IMG/VR virus record: IMGVR_UViG_3300020583_000015
Location: 5,668-69,667 of that record
Origin: a virus
DNA length: 64,000 nucleotides
Reading direction: 5' to 3' (one strand)
Shown: positions 56,087 through 64,000 of the stretch, piece by piece
Layout of the letters: each line of letters begins with the position of its first letter
Position numbering within the stretch: position 1 is the first letter of the stretch
The notes under the pieces: generated by a model
Database searches by the model: none
What the model was told of the DNA's origin: nothing
Seen by the model: the letters and a program-made list of their open reading frames with translations, nothing else
Program-made: the position numbers and the translations under genes

Positions 56087-56286
56087 TGCTCAAACTCAAA
56101 TAAACCCGGCCCCTTATAGCGCAGTGGATGAGCACTCAATCAATGACCAATTGCTCTTGAGTTGCCACACAATTGCCGGCTACATTCAGAACGCTCACCT
56201 CTGTGATGCGACTGTGCCTGAGTGTCATGATGGGTTGGAAAAGCGGCGGGAAAGCACAGAGACTTGACTCTGCCTGAGTTTGAGCA
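56087..56286 (+). ncRNA. Inverted-repeat-closed structured RNA element (candidate)
   Basis: Perfect 12-bp inverted repeat TGCTCAAACTCA / TGAGTTTGAGCA enclosing nested stems CCGGC/GCCGG, GAGCA/TGCTC and CTCTGTG/CACAGAG. Confidence 0.55.
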
Positions 56287-56313
56287 TCCACCTCAAAAGG
56301 AGAACTAAACAGT

Positions 56314-56910
56314 ATGATTAAATACGGATTTGAAGGAGAGTTTTTTGTTGCCTCTCTTGCTGATGGAGTTCTTCAGCCAATTTCGGCTGATATTCCCCAC
56401 GACAGCTGTGGGTATCTTGCTGAGGCCCGAGGTGTGCCAGATAGTGATCCTCTTGTAGCAAGTTATCTTTACAAAGCAGCAGTCGCGAAGCTCGAAGCGG
56501 TTGTTGCGAAGAAGAATCTGAAGCTGATTCAAGAGGCTATTGCTCCGGTTCCTGCTGACACACTCCGAGCCGCGAGACGGCTGTTTGGGAAGGGTCCAAC
56601 AAAATACAATAACATCTATGGGCTCGACTACAAGCCCTCAGACAGAACCCGGCGAGCTGGACTGCATATCCACATCAGCGACGAAACAGTATTCAGATAC
56701 GAAAAGAACAAGGAATTCAAGTACACAAACCAGCTTGATTTTCCTCCAATCATTCAGGCTTTTGACAAGGCCTTTAAGGAAGAAATTAAGTCTACTAAGC
56801 GTTTGCCGGGGTTTTACGAAATGAAGCCTTATGGATTTGAGTATCGATCCCTTCCGGCGACAGCATCGTTGGAAAAGATTGTAGAGGTTCTTAGCAAATT
56901 GGGCCTCTAA
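56314..56910 (+). CDS. Second, compact COOH-NH2 ligase type 2-like protein
   Basis: YGFEGEFF, D..G.LAEAR, RAGLHIHIS, R.PG.YE.KPYGFEYRSLP; AAGGAG RBS. Confidence 0.82.
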   Translation: MIKYGFEGEFFVASLADGVLQPISADIPHDSCGYLAEARGVPDSDPLVASYLYKAAVAKLEAVVAKKNLKLIQEAIAPVPADTLRAARRLFGKGPTKYNNIYGLDYKPSDRTRRAGLHIHISDETVFRYEKNKEFKYTNQLDFPPIIQAFDKAFKEEIKSTKRLPGFYEMKPYGFEYRSLPATASLEKIVEVLSKLGL

Positions 56911-56916
56911 CCGACC

Positions 56917-57179
56917 TTAACCCAAAGCCTACCAATTTCAACCAGAGTGTTGACTTTGTTAAGCCTGACCGCTCCGTGGAGATGTCATCACACAACATAC
57001 GCACATCAGTAGTGGCGATAGGCGGGAGTGTGGTGCCTAGACGCAAGGGCATAGAGATGTGCGCCTTGGAATGTTGTTCTGTCCTTGACTAGATAAGACG
57101 GTCAAAGCCGGGGCCTTCGTGCTCCGTGGACCCTCCCTAAGACAAGGCTTCTCTCGTATGTTAGGCGGCTTTGGGTTAA
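56917..57179 (+). ncRNA. Inverted-repeat-closed structured RNA element (candidate)
   Basis: Perfect 13-bp inverted repeat TTAACCCAAAGCC / GGCTTTGGGTTAA enclosing stems ACAACAT/ATGTTGT, CGCACATC/GATGTGCG and TGACC/GGTCA. Confidence 0.55.
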
Positions 57180-57205
57180 ACAAAACTGACTTTGGAGTGT
57201 GATTT

Positions 57206-57547
57206 ATGCCTGTTGAAAAAAACGGTAACAGTTGGTATTGGCATCTTGACGGAAACTTCATGACCATCCCAACGCATCTACTCAAGACTATTGAGCCAAC
57301 CTCTGTGTGGCAAGAGGTAAAAGCCCGGATGCTTGGGGACAACAAAAACTGCTATCACTGCCTTCGGCCTGGCACAGAAAGCATCACTCAAAAAGTCTAC
57401 CTTGATCGTGCCTATCGAACCGTCACTATGGTGGGGTGTCGAAGGTGCCAAAGAGTGTCTGCGAGAATCGCTAAAACAGCCTCATCCCCTGCGGTTGTGT
57501 TAATGACAACAGAGATAACAGTTCCTGCTGTTGAAGGTGGTTTATGA
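57206..57547 (+). CDS. Hypothetical Zn-binding protein
   Basis: CYHC ... CRRC; GGAG RBS. Confidence 0.6.
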   Translation: MPVEKNGNSWYWHLDGNFMTIPTHLLKTIEPTSVWQEVKARMLGDNKNCYHCLRPGTESITQKVYLDRAYRTVTMVGCRRCQRVSARIAKTASSPAVVLMTTEITVPAVEGGL

Positions 57548-58221
57548 AATTCTACAAACTGAAACATGACATTGACGGGAACCGCCTAAAGAGCCCGCCG
57601 ATGGACGTGGTGTTTTTTACTCTCACCGAGCCTGAACGCCAGGAGCTGATGTGGTTTGGAGAATACACCAACCTTGTTGGGCAGGGAGTAGGAGTGAGGC
57701 TTCGAAAACACCAACACTTCTACCGTCAACTCGGCAACCACCAAGGTTACTACGGCCCAATGCCCCCAACATACGATCACTTCGGCCAGAATGAAGTGTT
57801 TATTTCGTTTTTGAAGGCTCCTTTGGAGCCGGGGCTTAGTCTGTATGCAATAAACACAACCCTTATTGCCGCCTTGGGAGAGCAAGTGATTTCGCCAGAG
57901 GTCTACGTCAGTCAGGTGTTGGGTCGCCTCAAGCCAGCACCATACCAAGGAAAGGTGTTCAAGGATTTTTGGAAGAACTTGTCTTTTGCGGCTATTAACA
58001 TTCCAGGGTTGTATTCCCTAACGCTTGGACCAACGACTATGGATGTCCTTCGCGTGGTCCACACACACCCCTCCATCAAAATGCTGCTGGTTGTTCCGCC
58101 TGACTTAGAACAATTCTTCGCTGAATCTTCAGCACTCTTAAGCAAACTTTCAAACGGGAGTCGCCCTTCAGAACTAAAGCTGTTTTTGAGGAAACTCCCT
58201 CAAGGTCTGGTGAACGCATGA
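57544..58221 (+). CDS. Hypothetical protein inside the ligase cluster
   Basis: ATGA overlaps with both neighbours; no motif recognised. Confidence 0.7.
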   Translation: MKFYKLKHDIDGNRLKSPPMDVVFFTLTEPERQELMWFGEYTNLVGQGVGVRLRKHQHFYRQLGNHQGYYGPMPPTYDHFGQNEVFISFLKAPLEPGLSLYAINTTLIAALGEQVISPEVYVSQVLGRLKPAPYQGKVFKDFWKNLSFAAINIPGLYSLTLGPTTMDVLRVVHTHPSIKMLLVVPPDLEQFFAESSALLSKLSNGSRPSELKLFLRKLPQGLVNA

Positions 58222-59726
58222 GTAAAACCAAACTCAAAAAACGTCACGAATGCGAATACTGCAGTGAACGAGTCGGTAGGCAAACTTTCCACACCGGCCC
58301 AGTCGTTAGCTGCAGTAGTTGTGGCAGGTGCAAACGGTGGTGCACTGGCACAAGCCTAGTTAATGGCCGGAGGTTTGTTAACTCTTGCCATCGGAGGCCT
58401 GGCACGCAGGTAAGCAAACCGCTGGTTCCTACTACCGCCAACAAGCTCCTGAATCCCCTTCCTCGACGCCTTGGGCTAGAAGTCGAGATCGGTGATTGGA
58501 AAACCTTCACTCCCCGCAACCTCAAACAATCCTCTGGCACCATGATGCGGGACGGAAGTGTCCAACCAAGCGCTCATGAGTTGGTGCTTGAGCCGCTGTA
58601 TGGGCGGCAGTATGTGCTGGGGGTGACTGAGCTTGCACAACAACTCCACATCCACCATGCAACCGTCAACCACACTTGTGGATTTCATGTGCATGTGGAC
58701 GCTACAGATCTGGATTGGTTTAGCCTACGACGCCTCACCAAGATCTACCTTGATTTAGAGTCTGAGCTGTACCGGTGTCTGGTAGATCCGTCCCGTCTGG
58801 CTAACAGATTTTGTTGTCCAGTAGACAAAGACTTCCGAAAGGAAGCCGCTGCGCTGTGGACCTTCCACAAACAATCTGAGATTCGCCGAGGCCTATTTTA
58901 CATGGTGTATGGAGTTGATCCAAAGACTCACGGACAATTTACCAAAGAGCAAATCGACAGTCGAGTTAAGCAAGCGATTACTGAGGCTGTCGATTTTGTT
59001 CCATCAACGCCGCGTTTGAGGAATGTCCGGGATCCTATAACAGGAGAATATAGGGCAGTTTTGGTTCAACCGCCTCCTGTCGCGAAGCCCGACCCCAAGG
59101 CCCTTCGAAGGCTCTTTGTTGACCAAGCTAGCAAAGGCCTACGCAACACCTTCAAACAACTAAAGCACAACAAATATGGTGAGATTGGGAACCGTGCCCA
59201 TCTAATCAGGTATTTTGGTCTAAACCTCCACAGTCTGTTCTTTCGGGGCACAGTGGAGTTTCGAATGAAAGAAGGCGTCACAGACCTGGAGTCTTTGATG
59301 TTGTGGCCGCTGTTTTGTGGGTGGCTGGTTGAAGGCGCATCGCGAGCGTCTGACTCGGATGTGTTAAAGTACCCCGCAACGCTTGTTGAGTTTAGTCAGA
59401 GATGGATGCCTCCGGCGATTGCGGAGTGGGTGCTGAAGAAAGTCACATCTGCACCAACTCAAACAGTCACACCACCAAATGAAGGAGCTGTAGGGACTGG
59501 TCCGCTTCCGCATTACACTGATATTGTCTATGGTGCACAACTTCGGAGAGACCTTGAAGGGCGTGCTCAACAAACCGCTGCTGCTAATGCTGCACAGCAG
59601 CAAGCCGCTCAACACTTCGGTGGCCTAAGAAACATGACAGGCGGCCTATTCAGAGAACCTATTTGGGTCACACACCCACTAGCAGAGCCAGCGCCGATTG
59701 CTGACGACCCAACTATCGACTTTTAA
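58218..59726 (+). CDS. Putative amidoligase (amidoligase-2 family) with Cys-rich N-terminus
   Basis: LGLEVEI, DGSV..ELV, CGFHVHVD, R..NRFC, RYFGLN, GTVEFR. Confidence 0.88.
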   Translation: MSKTKLKKRHECEYCSERVGRQTFHTGPVVSCSSCGRCKRWCTGTSLVNGRRFVNSCHRRPGTQVSKPLVPTTANKLLNPLPRRLGLEVEIGDWKTFTPRNLKQSSGTMMRDGSVQPSAHELVLEPLYGRQYVLGVTELAQQLHIHHATVNHTCGFHVHVDATDLDWFSLRRLTKIYLDLESELYRCLVDPSRLANRFCCPVDKDFRKEAAALWTFHKQSEIRRGLFYMVYGVDPKTHGQFTKEQIDSRVKQAITEAVDFVPSTPRLRNVRDPITGEYRAVLVQPPPVAKPDPKALRRLFVDQASKGLRNTFKQLKHNKYGEIGNRAHLIRYFGLNLHSLFFRGTVEFRMKEGVTDLESLMLWPLFCGWLVEGASRASDSDVLKYPATLVEFSQRWMPPAIAEWVLKKVTSAPTQTVTPPNEGAVGTGPLPHYTDIVYGAQLRRDLEGRAQQTAAANAAQQQAAQHFGGLRNMTGGLFREPIWVTHPLAEPAPIADDPTIDF

Positions 59727-59744
59727 AAAGGAGCAACAACACAC

Positions 59745-60665
59745 ATGTGTGGAATACTGGGGTTTGGTTCAGCCAACGAAGACACACGCCTCATAACTCC
59801 ATTTCTTGCGCTTGCAATGCAAGAGCGGGGAAGGGACAGCTGGGGCGCAACAGACGGAAATAAAATCGTCAAGAAGCTCGGCCCAATTGTGGAGTCCTTC
59901 AGTATCAAGGACTTTGAGAACTTTGAATCAGGGATCATCCACACTCGCGCAGCCTCAAAGGGCTCAGTAACTGTGGACAACGCCCACCCATTTAGCTTTC
60001 AAAAGACCGACGGCAGCTTCATCACCGGCGTCCACAACGGCTGCCTCACCAACCACGAAGAACTCAACCGCAAGTATGAGCGTGCGTTTGAAGTCGACAG
60101 CATGCACATCTTCAAACACATCGCGGAAGATCGAGAGCTGAAGGAAATCTACGGTTGGGGCGCAGTCGTGTGGTATCACGACAACCAAATCAACTTCACT
60201 CGCTTCAACATGCAAGACCTGCATGCTGTGAAGCTTGCGTCTGGGCCGATTATGTTTTGTTCGAATCTTGGTCCGCTTAAAACCGCAGCACGTCTCGTGG
60301 GGGCTGAAATCTCCGTCGTCTACGAAATCCACAACGAATACCGGTACTACATCCGAAAGGAGGCTGACGGCTCTGACTGCCTTATGAAGGCAGAACAAAT
60401 GCCGTTCGGGTTTCGTCATGCCCCGTCGACACCCACGACCTTCCAAGCTAACCAAGCACGCCAAGGCCAAAGTGGGCCGGTTGTTTATCCGGGGTGGGGT
60501 GCGAACTGCGGCAGCAGTCTCGACGACATTGGACGCAACAAGCGCACCAAAGGCGAGTGTGTTCGGTGCAACACGCAAATCAACCGGAAGAAGAAAACGC
60601 TCTGTGACAAATGTGTCGAGGCGATCAGGGCGCTCCTGACGGGACAGTGTGAAATCTATGAATAA
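59745..60665 (+). CDS. Class II (Ntn) glutamine amidotransferase
   Basis: N-terminal MCGILG, RGRDSWG, HTRAAS.G, NAHPF, HNG, VDS; C-terminal CxxC..CxxC. Confidence 0.93.
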   Translation: MCGILGFGSANEDTRLITPFLALAMQERGRDSWGATDGNKIVKKLGPIVESFSIKDFENFESGIIHTRAASKGSVTVDNAHPFSFQKTDGSFITGVHNGCLTNHEELNRKYERAFEVDSMHIFKHIAEDRELKEIYGWGAVVWYHDNQINFTRFNMQDLHAVKLASGPIMFCSNLGPLKTAARLVGAEISVVYEIHNEYRYYIRKEADGSDCLMKAEQMPFGFRHAPSTPTTFQANQARQGQSGPVVYPGWGANCGSSLDDIGRNKRTKGECVRCNTQINRKKKTLCDKCVEAIRALLTGQCEIYE

Positions 60666-60752
60666 CGATAGCTTGCTTGAGACTCTCAAGGCAACAGCCT
60701 TTGCGGTAGTTGTAGTTGGACTGCTGTATGCAGGATTGAGGTACTTTTTCGG

Positions 60753-61094
60753 ATGAGCGACACAAATGAAGACACTCCAGCACGCGGCAGACCAGCAGGC
60801 AGCATCCAAACGCCTAAGTCTTTGTTGCGGTCTGACATCACATCCACAATCAAGCTCAACACCCGCATTCGCAGCTTGATTGACACAATCATCACGGACC
60901 TCACAAAGCAAACCTCCAATCCAGAGACGCCGGTTCAGGCCCGCCTCAACATCATTGTTTCGTTGAGTCAGGCACTGAACGCCTCAACTAAAACCATCGA
61001 GACGGTTGTGAAGATGCTTGAGGATTCGCCAAAGGCAGAGACCCAACCCGAGCGGGAGGAGTCAGTTGAGGACATATTGAAAGGACTAAAATGA
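60753..61094 (+). CDS. Helical protein with RGRPAGS motif (terminase small subunit-like candidate)
   Basis: GRP.GS N-terminal motif, helical core and a ...VEDILKGLK tail. Confidence 0.4.
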   Translation: MSDTNEDTPARGRPAGSIQTPKSLLRSDITSTIKLNTRIRSLIDTIITDLTKQTSNPETPVQARLNIIVSLSQALNASTKTIETVVKMLEDSPKAETQPEREESVEDILKGLK

Positions 61095-61390
61095 CAAATC
61101 TAATAGAAGTTGTTTGGGACCTTATACCTTTGGGAGTCGGGTGCTTGATTATTCTTCTTTTGGTTATGGGCGCGTGTGGGCTTGTTGGTCTGGGGTGGCT
61201 TTTCTTTAAGGCAATCCTAAAAGGAGATTGGTTCGACCGTTAAAATGAAACAAACCACTGAATTCATTAGCGACTTTTTGCTTGTTGGGTTTGGGCTGTC
61301 GCTGTGCGTGTTCGTGACTGCTGTACTGGCTTGTGGGATCTATGGCTTGTCTAAGTTAGTGAAAAGTGCCTTGAAAGGAGATTTGTTGTG

Positions 61391-61912
61391 ATGGCAGACG
61401 TACATTTTAAAACAACTTTCGTTGGAAGCGAAGCAAAAATTCGCGAGTTCAATGAAGCGATGCTGGAGTTGGACGCGGATTGGCCCTATGCGGACAAGGG
61501 CCGCCGCCCACTTAAGCGCATGAATTGTGTGAAGTGCGGAGGGAAGCTTTATGCGAACCCTTTCTACACCGCCTCCGACATCAAGCGCCTTGCGCGACAA
61601 TTTGGGGTTGATGTCCACATCCGGCATTTTGGCTTTAGCTTTCGGTGTAAGGACGAAAAAAGCGGAGCGATTGAGTATCGCCCGGATCTGAAGCTCGCAC
61701 CAAAACCAACAGACGCAAAACCAACACCAACCGTTAGCAGCGGACAGGTGTTTGAGCTGCCCTCAAGCCAACACCCCTATGGATGGACGCCAGCACAAAC
61801 AACACCAGTCGCTACACCGCCTTTTGTTTCTACTAGCGTCAGCCCTGCTGAGGCAGCTAACATCGAGGAGGAAGCGCTAGCAGCGATGGCGCTTGAAGGA
61901 TGGGTGAACTAA
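61391..61912 (+). CDS. Hypothetical protein with Zn-ribbon-like motif and Pro/Thr-rich tail
   Basis: AAGGAG RBS; CVKCGG. Confidence 0.65.
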   Translation: MADVHFKTTFVGSEAKIREFNEAMLELDADWPYADKGRRPLKRMNCVKCGGKLYANPFYTASDIKRLARQFGVDVHIRHFGFSFRCKDEKSGAIEYRPDLKLAPKPTDAKPTPTVSSGQVFELPSSQHPYGWTPAQTTPVATPPFVSTSVSPAEAANIEEEALAAMALEGWVN

Positions 61913-61913
61913 C

Positions 61914-62606
61914 ATGCAAGTTGTTGGCCCTCACAATAGCGCAAGCGCAGCTCAACTCAAGGAAGCTCTCGCAAGCCTTGAGACTAGCTGGAAACTCAAT
62001 TGGGGATGCAGCCCTCAGGCTGGCGACCATTGGCTTGCAAACACACCTCGCAAGGACGCAATTGAACAACTCCAGGCCTTTCAAGGTGTGCCTACGATTG
62101 AGTGGACGCGGTTCTTGGAGACTGCCCGCGCGTGGGTTGATTGTGGTTGGTTGGTGTTTGGTCGGAGGCGTGTCCACAGCCAAGGCACAGACATAGTTGG
62201 ACCTCGCCATCGGGACTTTGCTCGACGCGACTATTGGGTGAAGGTTGTGCCAAATGTTGTGCAGGAGTGGCGACTCCACATCTTTCGTGGGCGCTGTATC
62301 GCCCGGGGTTTGAAGACCCAAGTCGAGCCGCCTCACCGGGTGATGCCAGTTCGGAACCGTGCGAACGGTTGGAGAATGGTCCATGATGTTGAGCCGACAG
62401 AAGAGTTGCGTGCGACTGCGAAAGCTGCGGTCAAAGCGGTCGGATATGAGCTTGGAGCAGTTGATATGCTAGTGGATAACTCCAATAAAATCTATGTGTT
62501 AGAGGCTAACCGCGCGCCAGGCCTCGACGACTACACCCTAGGTCAATACGTAAAAGCCATCACAAAATTCGTGAGCCACCCCCGAAATCGGGTTGTGGTA
62601 TCATGA
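61914..62606 (+). CDS. ATP-grasp (RimK/glutathione-synthetase-like) ligase
   Basis: EWRLHIF, VRN..NGW, LGAVD, VLEANRAPGL. Confidence 0.88.
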   Translation: MQVVGPHNSASAAQLKEALASLETSWKLNWGCSPQAGDHWLANTPRKDAIEQLQAFQGVPTIEWTRFLETARAWVDCGWLVFGRRRVHSQGTDIVGPRHRDFARRDYWVKVVPNVVQEWRLHIFRGRCIARGLKTQVEPPHRVMPVRNRANGWRMVHDVEPTEELRATAKAAVKAVGYELGAVDMLVDNSNKIYVLEANRAPGLDDYTLGQYVKAITKFVSHPRNRVVVS

Positions 62607-62840
62607 CAGTAGGAGAACCCCCAAACGTATGATTAGAATCAACATCAGCGAAGACCACCTCAAAGAAGTCATTGATGGGTTGGTAATTGCTGCTACAACA
62701 CGCTTCGAGTATGCTGACCGTTCTGACGTCAGCGCGACTGCAAAAGAACGCTACCGAAAGGTTGGCGATAGCTTCCTAGATCGAGCAAAGGATCTTCGGG
62801 GAGCGCTTGAAGAAGGTCTGTAAGTTAGGTTCTTTGCGCA

Positions 62841-62929
62841 ACACCCTAATTTTTGTTGAGGTCCCTAGGGTGTGTACCTAATGCACACCCTAATGGAACA
62901 CCCTATGAACATCAATAAACACCCTAATG
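62841..62929. repeat. Cluster 2 of ACACCCTAAT(G) repeats
   Basis: Copies at 62841, 62885, 62898 (variant) and 62919 plus the inverted TCCCTAGGGTGT at 62862-62873. Confidence 0.9.
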
Positions 62930-62963
62930 AAAGTTAACTTACATAGAGTCTAAGAGGTTTCTG

Positions 62964-63470
62964 ATGAGCACCTACATCACACTTCGCGAAACAACGCTGA
63001 CACAGCTTGGCCCGAAGTGTGTACAGTGTGGCTACAACAGCGATCTTCGGGCACTAGACATCGTGAACTTTGCAGGACGTGGTTCAGACCTAAAGCGAAG
63101 CATGGACAGAGGCTCCTACCTGATGCGAGTCCTTCGGGAGCATGCATCTGGCTCTGCCGAGTGGGGTGTGTTGTGTGCGAATTGCAACAGGATTCGGATG
63201 CGCCAAAACCGCCAGAAGGTAGCTGACGAACGCCCTCCTAAGCCTGGGCCTTGCGTGGTGTGGGCCCCTGATCTTGAGGAAGCAGACGTGTTTGTGCCTC
63301 ACAAATGGCTTAAAGATCGGGCTGCAGGGCGTGAAATTTTTGTGCTGTGGCGTGGAAATGTTTATGACTATCTCCTCAAAGCCTTGGTTGCAGCGTGCTG
63401 GAAGGACTTCGCTGCTGGACGAGGTATTAGTTTGGAAGAGCCAACAGAACCGGTTACTGACTATGAGTGA
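62964..63470 (+). CDS. HNH-fold Zn-binding protein (catalytic His not evident)
   Basis: LGPKCVQCGY..D.RALD ... VLCANCNR. Confidence 0.7.
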   Translation: MSTYITLRETTLTQLGPKCVQCGYNSDLRALDIVNFAGRGSDLKRSMDRGSYLMRVLREHASGSAEWGVLCANCNRIRMRQNRQKVADERPPKPGPCVVWAPDLEEADVFVPHKWLKDRAAGREIFVLWRGNVYDYLLKALVAACWKDFAAGRGISLEEPTEPVTDYE

Positions 63471-63984
63471 TAACAACCCTAACGAAAGCTCACCCCAGCC
63501 CCAGCCTACAACTCCGACTGGGACCGTCGACGCGCCTGAGATGGTTGTGTACAAACAAAAGGACCTGAACAATCTTCCAGGCCTACGGATTGAATTCATC
63601 TCTCACCAAACAATCCTCCAAAGCGCAGCGATTGTAAAGCTTGTGCCGTGTACGTTGCGCGGGACACTTGATGGGAAGTACAGCTCCAAACTAGAGGAGC
63701 TGATCTTCACAAAGCTCGACAGTGGTTACATCCGAGAAAAACTCAACAACAACGGACGCTGCAATTTGGTGTTGGACTCGCCGGTTGTGCTGAACAAGAG
63801 CAGTAGTGGTCTAACAGGTATGGCGCTGTTGTTGCCAACCAGTTGGCTTCATGGGGCTCGAATCACAGAGTCCGACTTTGATCGGATGCTTTGGTCAGCG
63901 TTGGCAGCGATCCGAAAGATGGGCCTCAAAACAATGGCGGCGATTGATCTTGGGGCATTCCAGTTTTTGGACTCTCGATCCTAA
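63463..63984 (+). CDS. Possible divergent Macro-domain-like protein
   Basis: C-terminal L.SALAAIRKMGLKTMAAIDLGA resembles the end of the Macro fold; likely start MSDNNPNE. Confidence 0.4.
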   Translation: MSDNNPNESSPQPQPTTPTGTVDAPEMVVYKQKDLNNLPGLRIEFISHQTILQSAAIVKLVPCTLRGTLDGKYSSKLEELIFTKLDSGYIREKLNNNGRCNLVLDSPVVLNKSSSGLTGMALLLPTSWLHGARITESDFDRMLWSALAAIRKMGLKTMAAIDLGAFQFLDSRS

Positions 63985-64000
63985 GACGACAGCTTGACTC

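Larger units (their letters stand above)
1..64000. mobile_element. Bacteriophage genome segment (Caudoviricetes, podovirus-like morphogenesis module)
   Basis: Portal, terminase, scaffold, major capsid, adaptor, nozzle and ejection-type genes plus a phage DNA polymerase. Operons are tightly packed and overlapping. No cellular housekeeping genes, no tape measure and no integrase seen. Confidence 0.97.

Noticed and set aside
56108-56135. tRNA-like 5' segment GGCCCCTTATAGCGCAGTGGATGAGCAC
   Set aside because: No T-arm (TTCRA), anticodon arm or complementary acceptor stem follows; treated as part of the larger structured element.
56087-57179. Retron msr-msd interpretation of the inverted-repeat-closed elements
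   Set aside because: The closing stems recall a1/a2 arms, but no reverse transcriptase is encoded in the window.
59964-60911. 315-aa minus-strand ORF and other long antisense ORFs (e.g. 24205-24999, 30632-31327)
   Set aside because: They overlap well-supported genes on the opposite strand and have no recognisable motifs; likely shadow ORFs.

Overview
The whole window is one gene-dense, podovirus-type dsDNA phage genome segment, probably most of a circularly permuted genome; no integrase, rRNA, complete tRNA or CRISPR array was seen. It has three blocks. (i) A + strand DNA-metabolism block (1-6.5 kb, continuing from about 63 kb): a family-4 UDG fused to a family-A DNA polymerase, a DUF3987-type helicase, a metallophosphoesterase, a dATP/dGTP diphosphohydrolase-like protein and a HAD hydrolase. 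(ii) A long - strand block (47.2 to 6.5 kb): a terminase split into two distant genes, portal, scaffold, N4-gp56-type capsid, two adaptor paralogs, a repeat-extended nozzle, ejection proteins and lysis candidates. Interleaved with these is a heptose-type sugar activation/transfer kit (RfaE-I kinase, RfaE-II nucleotidyltransferase, cupin, TylF methyltransferase, GT9). (iii) A + strand early block (47.8-62.8 kb) with a phiEco32-like amidoligase / COOH-NH2 ligase / GATase / ATP-grasp cluster, punctuated by hairpins and larger inverted-repeat-closed RNA-like elements. The most unusual observations are three fibre/spike-like proteins with Sec-type signal peptides, a sigma-factor-like protein placed as the last ejection-protein gene, the split terminase, structured intergenic elements and a recurring ACACCCTAATG motif. 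All functional calls come from reading motifs by eye, not from database searches.
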